From assembly GCA_043228905.1 (NCBI GenBank), contig JBHGNT010000022.1:1054001-1118000 (forward strand): DNA of 64,000 nt, in the 5' to 3' direction. Each line of letters begins with the position of its first letter. Position 1 is the first letter of the stretch. Source of the stretch: Azolla caroliniana (lineage: Eukaryota; Plantae; Polypodiophyta). The translations under genes and the position numbers were made by a program. The notes under the pieces were generated by a model. The model made no database searches, was not told the DNA's origin, and was given only the letters and a program-made list of their open reading frames with translations. Shown in pieces: positions 40,856 to 51,414 of this stretch.

Positions 40856-41020
40856 CACTGTTACGCGCTCTCTAGTCTTGCACCAACAAGAATGACAACA
40901 AACCACACTTTCTCTGTTTGCCCTAAGTCATATTTATACTAATATGACTTTTCGGCTATTTACAAATATAGCCCCGATGGACTCTCAGAAATATATTTAC
41001 AAATATGTCCCTTCATCCGG

Positions 41021-42385
41021 TGTCGTGTGAATCTTCACACACTATGTAAAAAAATAATGAAATAATTATTATAGATTAGATTAGTAGAGTATTATAGAAA
41101 GATGGATATACTCAAGAGCTTCAAAACGTTATCTTCACACACTATGTAAAAAAATAATGAAATAATTATTATAGATTAGATTAGTAGAGTATTATAGAAA
41201 GATGGATATACTCAAGAGCTTCAAAACGTTTTTTACTATATAAAAAATGGAGAAATACATATCAAGTTATGAGAAAATAAAGTTTGAGAAGATAGGGAAA
41301 TTAGAACTATCCCACATAGATAGGAAAGTTAAGGCCCTGGCTATATAAACACCTTGAGCTCCCTCATTTGTCATTTGTGCTAAGAGCACTTTGGCCACTT
41401 TGTCTTGATGGATGATGGTGGCCAAATTCCCTAAAACCTGAAACCGGCTGGTAAGCAAATCCGGAAAACGGGGCGGGTAAGCAAATCCGGAAACTGGCCG
41501 GTATGCAATCCGGAAACCGGACGGCAAGCAAACCGGAACCGGAACGGGTATGCAAACCGGAAACCGGTCGGCAAGCAAAACCGGAAACCGGCCGGTAAGT
41601 AAAACCGGAACTGACCGGCAAGCAAACCGGAAACCGGTTGGCAAGCAAAACCGGAACCGGAACCGGCAAGCAAACCGGAACCGGCTGGCAAGCAAAATCG
41701 GAACCGGAACCGACCGGCAAGCAAAATGGAACCGGCTATCGAACGAGGTTGGATGCGGACGGACGAAAGATTGGATCATGCAACAAACTAAAGTAAAGTG
41801 AAGAGAACTAAAGTAAAGGCCATGTGGACGCAAGCAACTAAAGAAGGGAGTGCATGGAAAAAGTAAAGGTCATGTGGACAGTCACATGCAAACAAAAAAA
41901 AAACACTATGCAACTAAAAGTGGAGGCATATGATCAACGAGGAACTCCATATATAATTCCATTTTTTTTCCTATACGAGGATACTCTCCATATTATCTTA
42001 ATTTTCTTCTCAACTCCCTTATCTTAGGTAAGCCATAACTCTCATAAACCCTAAAATTCCCTACGGAAGCCATAACACTCAAAAACCCTAATCTTCCCTA
42101 CGGAAGCCATAATACTCATATAACCTAATCCTAATCTTCCCTACGGAAGGCATATCTCTCAAAACCCCTAATTTTTCTTTTCTATTAATCTTAGTAAACC
42201 TAAAACTTCTAAATCCCAATATTGGGACATATTGTAATTTCTTTTTCCTTTGTTAATGAAAATTATTAAATTTCTTCTTTCTGTTAATTGTTAAAAATAT
42301 AAACGCACACATGTGATTATCCTCTGGTCGGAGGCCCCGAGGTCTTGCCTCAAAGTTCACGTATCCTCGTCGTATTTTCGCGACA
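41021..42385 (+). mobile_element. Solo LTR (1365 bp), probably of the Trp-primed gypsy group, inserted in the family A 5' LTR
   Basis: TGTCGTG...CGCGACA termini and perfect 4-bp TSD CCGG. Contains a perfect 100-bp tandem duplication (41031-41230) and a CCGG-rich array (41440-41740). Confidence 0.9.
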
Positions 42386-44336
42386 CCGGTGAGCACTTCT
42401 CACCGGGCCTTCATCATCCGGCTCTTGCCAGGTACTCCTCATCCGGTTCTCACCGGGTCGTCCGTTGCCGGGTACTTCACATCCGGTTCTCACCGGGTCA
42501 TCCCATCCAAAGGGACTTGTTTCCTAACATGTTCTTGTTGGGAAGACGAAGGCTTATCTCTGTACTGGTTCGCTTTGTCGGCTGCAGAGGATCTTCAACC
42601 CTCTTGCTCTGATACCATGTAAAAGAATAGCGTATGCGGAAGCGTGTACACAAGACACAGTTGGCTCAGTCGGACACTAGAAGCCAGTTAGGTAAACACA
42701 GAGATGGAGAATATACCGAGAGGGAGACACTGAGAGACCAAACAACAAAAAATTACTATTCAAAATATGACTCAGTACTCACTACATACAAATATGCTCA
42801 CAGAGCACTTAATGTACAAGCCCTGACAGTGGGCTGAGACAAGTACTTTAATGTTGACATAAGAGCATCTTACATTGACTATACCTAATATTCCTATTAC
42901 TAAAAATAGTAATAAAGGCCTCCAATGGCTTATCAACTTTCCCGACCAATCTAGTTGCTAATTTCTTCAACCGATCAGGTAGTAGGCCCCTAGGCAATCC
43001 TTCCAATTGATCCAGCCATTATCTTCTTCACCCGATCCTTTAGTCGGTCCGGCTTCATGTTGAGCTTGTCTCTCAACAACATATAATAAAACTTGACCTT
43101 TAGGCAGTTTTCTCCCTTTGCACACCCCACATCACGACATTCTTGATTCTCCATTTAACACGTTCGCGTTCAGAAGTGGAAGGATCGTGCATTCCACTTT
43201 TAGATTCCTTTCACAATTGGGCAAATTTATGCAATATATAGAAACTTGTTACACCAGTGTCACATGTTCTTCAACCCATATAGAATTTGCTCAATTATTA
43301 ATATTTAACAAGTTTCAAAGTAAAAACCATGTATTTTTGGGACATTGTTAAAGTTGATGATCTCCAGATACGAAACTTATTTAAAATTATAACATCTGAC
43401 AATTCTTTATTCATTTGACAATCGTTAAACTTTCATATTGTATGATGCAATTTGCAAAGTTGGTTGACATGTTGTGAAAATCATGATCTTTGGACATAAA
43501 ATGTAGTTAAATTACAGACTATGAACATGGTCTACACAACAATTGATCTCCAAGTTTAACCATCTCATGGGGTGTAGTGAATACACACTAATACTTGTGT
43601 GTTATACACTCTAATACTTACTTAATGTTGCTCAATATACACACCCATGAGAGAGTTTCCCCAATACACACCTATGAGAGAGGACACCCATACACACGTA
43701 TCATATAATGGATACACTTGGACACTCATTATGGTCACACACCCAAATGTAAAGTGGGTCCAATTTGTAGAACCTACTCGATAATAAAAAGTGAAGCTTA
43801 GATTAAAATGATTATAACAAGTACATCGATTAACACATGTAGCTTAGTAAAGCTTAGTAATGTTATAACGTTGGTAGCAACAACACAAATGTTACAATAT
43901 AAACATCGGTAGAAATATTTAAAGAAACAATATAAACATGGAATCAAACTTACTTTGAAGAGAATAAAAACTTTGATTACTAAGTTTTTTATAAAATACA
44001 AAATTCATTACATTGCTATAAGTTCAACATTCTCTTCGTCTTCCTTTTGAGAGATGTCCTCAGAATTCTGTGCATCGGCATCCACTCCACTTAGACTGGC
44101 TACGGTGGGGTCCTCCAAATACTCATCATCTAGTTTTATAAGCTCCCCAGATTCACCAACCAAGGGAGGAATAGGATCGCGAGATGCAACTTGAAACCGT
44201 TCCGTATCCGCGATATGCTTTGCCCCTACCTCCTCGTCTTAATCTAGGCACTCCCATAAGGCTTTAATCCACATATTAATGAAACATACTTGCTCCTCGT
44301 CCTTCTCTAATGCAACTGTATTCCAAAATAGTTTCA

Positions 44337-45162
44337 AGGCGCATGCAGATGTCTCAGACAAAAGCTGGAACGAATCGGAGGAAGCCGATTCGGTTCAAGA
44401 TTCGGAGAAACCGGATCAACTAAAGGCCAACCGGACGAGAAGGCAGCGGAAGTCAACACCGACACGGAGGAATCAATGGATCGACAAGCACCAGAGTATA
44501 ACAGCGAAGGAGCTGAAATGAGCCTATTGAGTAGACAAGCCGACCAAGGAGGTCCAGGTGCGCAGTACCAGATAGGTCGCGGGAAGCGGGACCGGACTGG
44601 ACGAGGAGCGTGAGCAAGGCGGAACGATGCCAGAAGGAGTCGGGTGGAAGGACCAGCTGCCACAGACACTAACAGCACGATCCGACCTCAAGTTGAGCTT
44701 GAGGGGGAGTGTTGAGCGAGCAAGCTCAACCGGATCCGGATCGGCTGAATAAGCCAGAGCCGGTTCGGCATCCGGGAGGATGAGCCAGATCGGTATCCGG
44801 AAACAACCGGCGGGATCGGGGAGATGAATCGGAGAGCCGGATTCGAGTGCAAACTGGAAGCCTAGTAGTAGCCTAGACTACTAGGTAATCATTGTCTCGT
44901 AGTTAGTGTCAGTTGCTCGTATGAGCATTGAAGTACATAGTACTTCTATCAATCCTTTTGAGGACTTGTATAAATAGTGATGTTTAGCATGTTCTATGTA
45001 CAGAGATTTTAGAGTGATATTTTAATTTAAGTTTATGTTCTGCTCTCTCTCTCTCTTCCATGCATATTTTCTGTGTTAAGTTCTCCATTAAACCTTTTCT
45101 CATTTTCTGTTGCTATCTTGCCGAGCCGGTTTGTCTAATGCTTCCGCACGCTAACTTTTACA
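44337..45162 (+). mobile_element. 3' fragment of copia family C (Pol tail, PPT, 3' LTR 44710-45162)
   Basis: Homologous to 22180-22895; ends PQVELEGEC*; GAGGGGGAG|TGTTGAGC. Confidence 0.9.
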
Positions 45163-45499
45163 AATATAACTAGGGCAATAATGTTACTATAGTTGGCATT
45201 ATTATTCTGTTGTACACACACACAGAGAGACAAACAGACAAAAAGCTTTTTCTGTTGTAATAGCCTATTGACGAAGATATAGAGCTTGAGGTTGTTGCCT
45301 CTAAGTCACATTCTGTTGTACCCCTTCTCTCATAGTGATAGTTGGTCTATGGGCTCCCATGGTTTTTTTCCCTGATTAGGGTTTTCCACATTAACATTTG
45401 GTGTCGTCTCTTCTATCTTGTCAAGTGCATTGCTATTTTCTGTTTATTTCTTCCATCGTGTGTTTGAGACTCGGTTGTGGCCGAGCACTATTACTATCA
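45163..45499 (+). mobile_element. 3' half of an A/B-type LTR inserted antisense into an A-type integrase
   Basis: tagggcaa, gggttttccac and gactcggttgtggccgagc are shared with 12450-12795. Ends in CA at 45499, abutting the host YFVTF codons. Confidence 0.7.
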
Positions 45500-47131
45500 T
45501 GAAGGTCACAAAGTACTGTGAGCCAACATGAGACTTTGTGTCCACAAAGCATATATCGGTATGCACAAGTTCAAGCAGTGCCTTCCTTCTCGTCGGTGGT
45601 TTCGACTTGAAAGAGGTTCTATTTTGCTTGCTGACCAAGCAAACAGTGCACTTCTCAAGTTGCACGTTCTTCACCTCCGGAATGAGGTTATCGTCGGCAA
45701 GTCTCCGCATCCCCTTCTAGCTCAAGTGACACAACCTCTTGTGCCACAACTCACCGGTTGTGTCTGCTGCCACATTGGCTTCCGACCGGCATATTCGAGC
45801 ATGCATCAAACATAGAGTGTTGGTCTTCTTAGCTCGGTCCACAATCAGGCTCCCTTTGTTGAACTTCATGACTCTGTTCTGGATGCTACCCGTGTGGCCT
45901 TCGTCATCCAGCCGACCAACTGACATCAGGTTAAGTCAAACTTCTAGAACATGTCACACATCTTTTAGTACCAGTCGACGTTACCAGGCACACTTCTCCA
46001 ATGCCAACATTTGTCCTGCACCTTCATTTCCCATCCTTACAAAGTCATGGTCTCCTACCTTGTATGATGAGAAGCATTTCCGGTTGGGGGTCAGGTGGAA
46101 CGATTCTCCCGAATCGACCACCCATGTTGATTCATCGCCGACAAAGTTCACTTCGTTCTGCTCACTTATGAGCAGCAGTTCCTCCTCACTTGTCGCTATT
46201 GCCGACGTTCCATTTCGGTCCGAATGCTTCTTCGAGTTGGCATTGTTGGTCCCCCTTTTTCCTTTCTAAAGTGTCGACAATTCTTCTGCAAGTGCCCCTC
46301 CGTCCCATAGTAGAAGCACATGGGCCTTCCCCTTGACTTCAACCTTGTCCCCAACTTCTCTCGGTTCAAGGGACTCCTATTTCGACCTCTTCCTTTATGT
46401 GTATCACTTTCCGTGACTAGGGCCTTCGGGTCGAAAATTGCCTCATTGTCCTTTTGACGAGCCTCCTCATCGAACATGCTTGATATAATTCTTGCTAGGG
46501 ATAAATGATTCCCTTCCGGTCCACCGTTGCCCAATGTGACAACCAGTGTCTCCCAGCTGTCCAGAAGGGATCCGAGTAACAATAATGTCAATGCCTTGTC
46601 GGCTAAAGGTACTTCGAGTGAGGTAGTCCATTTTATCAACGCCTGGAAGGCATTCATATGCTCTGCCATACTGGAGTCATCCTGATACCCGAGTCTCGCG
46701 AAATATTGACACTCGATTCACGGCATTTTTGTTCTCCAACATAATGCCAATCTTCTCCTAGAGTTCATGAGGCTTGTTCTCTTCATTGAAGTTGTTGTAC
46801 AAGCTCATGTAGATAAAGCATATTATGTATGTTGTTGTCTTCATGTCCATTACCTCCCATGTTGATGCATCAATCTTGTCTGGTCTTTTGTCTCCAAATT
46901 GTACCGGTAGCCAAAGATCTTTGACCACCAACATATCCCTCATCTTCGACTTCCACATTGAATAGTTGGACTCGATTAGCTTGAACATACCCCCAAATGA
47001 ATATTCCATTTTCCTGAGTTGCGCTTTGATACCAGTGAACTGGAACTCAGCCACAACCAAGTCGAATGCAGAATAGGGAATCAAGCAGGTCAACAAAAAA
47101 CAGAAATGAAACTACACAAGGTATTAATGTG
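45500..47131 (-). mobile_element. Tto1/Tork-like copia fragment (LTR end from 47036, PBS, gag, PR, start of IN)
   Basis: PBS TGGTATCAAAGC at about 47023-47034; MEYSFGGMFKLIESNYSMWKSKM, CFYYGTEGHLQKNC, LWHKRLCHLS, VHTDIC. Confidence 0.88.
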
Positions 47132-49810
47132 TGTAAAAGAATACGTGTGCAGAAGCGTATGTGGAAACACAGAACAGAGTACACAGTTTGGAAGTATGAT
47201 AGTTCGGTAAAACGCAGAAACACAAAGAAGGAGAGGGAGAGACAGAGAGAGAGCAGAAACTAATTGTATTAAAAAATAATTCTTTGTATGTTCTATGTAG
47301 ATACTTCATGCTCAGTGAGCACCTTTTATACAATCCTTGACTATTGGGCTGACACAAGTACTTACAGTACTTGACCGCACATAAAGGAGCATCCTACACT
47401 TACTCCCAAAATTATTCCTTACGAGGAATAACATTGTAACGGCCTCTCGGTTTACATACCGCTACGGTCATATTTTGTGTACGTTTTTTACGCACCCAAT
47501 CTACGTTGTCATGGTGTGGCGTGTGCACTGTGAGAAAAAGCGAGCTTCCACGCACGTCTTATGAAATAATATATTAATGAAAATAATATTATTATTAATA
47601 AATAACTTGTAGTGGCTTATTGGTTAAAGCTTATAAATATATAGAGAGGGGTGTAGAGTTGGAGTCTCTCTTGCTACAAATCAAGGGGTATTTTGCTCCC
47701 TTCTATTTTTGATAAAGGAAATACCAAAAAGCATGTAATGTTAAAATAAGCTCATCTTTCCTCTATAAGAGAGGAGTGATAGGGCTTATTTGGGGGTCGC
47801 CCATTTTGTCTTCTAGGGGTGTACCACTAGGGTTCATCTTCTCCTCTTCTTCTTAGGTTAGGGTTTGGTACGCTCCCTTTTTCCTTCTTCTTCTTTTTCT
47901 AGGATTAGGGTTAGAGAGCTTCTTCTTTTCTACTTTTCTTCTTTTCTCCTCAACATATTAGAGGACATATGATTTAAAGGTTTGTGAGTTTTGCTCCTAT
48001 TATACTTCTTACTCGAGATTTTAGGGTTTGGATTTCTTAAACAATGGCTTTTTCGGCATCTCAGTGGTGGTCAACTTAGTGGCCAATTGCAGAAGGGAGG
48101 TTGTAGTGGCACGAGGGCTACTCCGAATCGAGGCAACATAGCCGTCGGAAGTAGTCAAGCTCAGAGCCCACTAGACGCACCTTTTCTAGATAATTAAAGC
48201 CCCTTTGGTTGATTTATAACCGATTATTGTAATAACCATCGAAATCGTGGTGTCAAGCCTAAAAGTTGTAAACAAATAATAATAACAAAAACCCTAATTT
48301 ATATCAAAACTTATGTATATTTCCCCATGTCTTTGACTTAATTGTCCACTTCCTTACTAGTTTTGTCTCCCTGGTCCAAGGCCCCGGCAGTCCCGTTCGA
48401 GCGACTCACGCACGCGAAACTTAGCGACAACGCATTGGGTTACGCACCCGTTTACGCACCCAATGTTGAGCTTGTCTCTCAACACTCCCCCTCAAGCTCA
48501 AGTTGAGGTTCCATATGCTTTTCCGGATCTTCGATCCGGCCTCTCCTTGCTTCACGCCTCGCTCGCGCTCCTCGACCTGTTCAATTCCGCACGCTTCGAC
48601 CCTTTCGGTCGGCTTGTCTGCTCATGTGGCCCTTCTGAGTTCCCTTGCTGTCACAGTGTTGGCATCTCTTTCGCTGCCCTTTTCTCCGCTTGGCCCTCAG
48701 TTGATTCGTAATGTCCGAATCGAACATTTCGATTGAATCGGTGACTTCCAATTCAATTCCACTTTCGCCCGAATTGGCTGTCTCTAATTCGTCATCTGTT
48801 CTCAGGCCCTTAACAACATCAGACCATGTCTTGGTCTTGGCCTTTACGCCCTTCTTGGCTGTATTTCGCCTTTGTTTGGCTATCTTCGGCTCTTCCTTGC
48901 AATTACAGCCCCTATCTTCTTCTTCGGCTTCTTCGGTCGGCCCGAAATCGAATTCTTTATCCGATTTGGCATCGCGGTCACTACCGCTCCTTTCACGCTC
49001 CTGTTCCTATTCCTGTCTCTCCCTGAAGTTCGGCGTGTCGAGGTGATGCAAACCCAGCTCAACCGAGAAATGTCGCAACTTATCGAGACCAAGGGGCTTG
49101 GTGAAGATGTCGGCAATCTCCTGACCCGTCGAAACATACGCCAGTTCAACTTCACCAGAAAGGACACACTCGTAGACAAAATGGTAGTGCACCTCAATGT
49201 GCTTGGTCTAGGCGTGGAATATAGGGTTCTTCGCAAGGTGGATGTTGCTGAGGTTGTCGCAATAGATCATCGTTGGATCAGACACCTCCACATGCAGATC
49301 CCGTAATAGTCATTTCAGTCAAATGACTTCGCACAAAGCGACAGTTACCCCTCGATATTCGACCTCCGTGCTCGACAGTGCCACTGTCGGTTGCTTCTTA
49401 CTGCTCCACAAGATCGCCGCACTTCCCAATGAGAATGCATATCCGGATGTGGATCTACGATCGTTGGCATTTCTGGCCCAATCAGCATCCGTGTAGCCAA
49501 CTAATTGTTTGGCTACGCCTGCGCGATACAACAATGCCATGTCTTTAGTGCCGCTAACATATCACAATATCCGTTGCGCACACTAAAAGTGTTCGGCCAT
49601 GGGCTGCAACATAAATTGACTGATCAAGCCAACCGGGTAACTGAGATCCGTCCGAGTGATCGTCAAGTAGATTAGGCTTCCGACAATCTGTTGAAACCGT
49701 GCCGGATCGCACGCCTTTCCCGAATCTCGGTGAAACTTTACATTTCTATCCAGAGGGTTCGAGATGGGCTTACAATTTGCCATCCCGAACTTGAAGAGCA
49801 TATTCAGCGT
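47132..49810 (-). mobile_element. Copia family C-related copy: 3' LTR 47132-48484 (split by a solo LTR), PPT, Pol tail, RH and part of RT
   Basis: GAGGGGGAG|TGTTGAGAGACAAGCTCAAC; GYTDADWA, VALSSTEVEY, ADIFTKPLG. LTR end tgtaaaagaa matches 42618. Confidence 0.88.
47507..48429 (+). mobile_element. Solo LTR of the Trp-primed gypsy group (same family as 49811-50704)
   Basis: TGTCATG...GCGACA, flanks ACGT/ACGC (4-bp TSD with one transition), colinear with 49811-50704. Confidence 0.88.
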
Positions 49811-50890
49811 TGTCGTGTTGTGGCATGTGCACTGTGAGAAAAAGTGAGGTTCCACACACATCTCATGAAATAATGTAGAAAAAAAATAATTTAATAAGTT
49901 AGTGGTTAAGGCTTATAAGTTATGTAAAGAGGTGTAGAGTTCAAGTCTCTCTTCTTACAAATCAAGGACAATTTTGCACCCTTTCCATTTTTGTGATAAA
50001 GGAAATAAAATAAAATAAAGCATGTAATGTTAAAATAAGCTCCTCTTTCCGCTATAAGAGAGGAGCGATAGGGCTTATTTAGGGGTCGCCCATTTTGTTG
50101 TAGGGGTGTACCAATAGGGTTTCATCTTCTTCTCCTCTTCTTCTTGGGTTAGAGTTTATAGCCTCCTTTTCTCCTTATCTCTTTCTTCTTCTTCTTTTCC
50201 TTCTAGGGTTAGGGTTTGAAAGCTTCATCTTTTCTCCTCAACATACTAGAGGACTTAGGATTTTAGGGTTTGAGAGTTTTGCTTCTAGTATTCAACTTCT
50301 TACTCGGGATATTTTAGGGTTTGGATTTCTTAAAGAATGGCTTCTTCGGCATCTCGGTGGTAGTCAACTCGGTGGCCGGTTACGGAAGGGAGGTTGTAGT
50401 GGCACGAGAGCTACTCCGAATCAAGGCAACATAGTCGTCGGAAGTAGTCAAAATCGGAGCCCACTAGATTCACCTTCGCTGGTTTATTTATAACCGATTA
50501 TTGTAATAACCACCGAAATCGTGGTGTCAAGCCTAACAATTGTAAAAAAAATAAAAACAAAAACCCTAATTTATATCAAAACTTATGTTACATATTTCCG
50601 CATGTCTTTGTCTTAATCTCCTACTTCCTCACTACTTTTGTCTCCCCGGTCCAAGGCCTCGGCGGTCCCGTTCAATCGACACACGCACGTGAAACTTCAC
50701 GACATTGGTGAACCCGACATGAAAGAATGGTAGGGGAGGATGGACACAGACAAAGAAGATTTCGTGGAGATGATGTCGAAGACGATGGTGGATTTTGTTA
50801 TCTCTTCCTTGGGATAAACACCTTCGATGAACCCTAAGGCTATCGGTATCAAGGGTCGTGGTACATGAAGACTACTTCTCAACAGAGATT
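49811..50890 (+). mobile_element. 5' LTR (49811-50704), tRNA-Trp PBS and start of gag of a Trp-primed gypsy; remainder displaced
   Basis: TGTCGTG...CACGACA, PBS TGGTGAACCCGACATGA at 50706, left flank GCGT. Confidence 0.88.
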
Positions 50891-51414
50891 GAGTTAGCAA
50901 ACGGGGAGGTGAAAAAGATTATGCTGGCCACAACCAGTTACTATTTACCATGCGCGTAGCTTAAACGTATGATTTCAAGAAGATCATCAAATAAGAAGAA
51001 CAGCAAGAGGTATATATTAAATCGACATTCCCTTCAATTACAATACACGACTCATGGCCCGGAATAAAGCTATGTAGTGTTGAGGACTCGTCAGCTATAA
51101 TTTCCCTAACAGTATCTATATATCATCGCCTGCCGAGGTACACAAGTCCTGGTTTATATAGCCCTTTACTACCCAGGGCTGAGACCTTGGCTGATTGTAA
51201 GGCTGAAACCTCGGCTACGTTTTGTTTACCGACTTCCTTAGTTACTTTTCTACCTACCGATGACTTTTTATTTCCTAATTTACTTTTCTAGCCCATGGAT
51301 AACACCTGGCACACTCGTGGGACAGGGCCTTGCCCGTCGAACCCACGATTACAAATGCTAGGATACAACATTACTTGCGCCAAAATTACAAAAATGCCCT
51401 TTATACAAGTAGGG

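Larger units (their letters stand above)
35522..42529 (-). mobile_element. Ty1/copia, Tto1/Tork-like family A, full-length, TG...TA termini
   Basis: Perfect TSD TGTTC (35517-21 / 42530-34). 3' LTR 35522-36441 with PPT GAAGGGGGAG; 5' LTR 40540-42529 (split by a solo LTR); PBS TGGTATCCGAGT at about 40525-40536. Confidence 0.95.
33076..43078 (-). mobile_element. Ty1/copia family C-related copy (5' LTR, PBS, gag-PR-IN); RT/RH and 3' LTR lost; interrupted by the family A element
   Basis: 5' LTR 42618-43078, PBS TGGTATCAGAGC ending at 42617. Gag start MDRGMGSSLPTEKLD at about 35506 is homologous to 17752. IN remnants continue to about 33190. Confidence 0.88.

Noticed and set aside
47850-50330. Interstitial telomere or chromosome fusion site
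   Set aside because: TTAGGG(T) motifs are short, scattered and at homologous positions in two copies of the same LTR.
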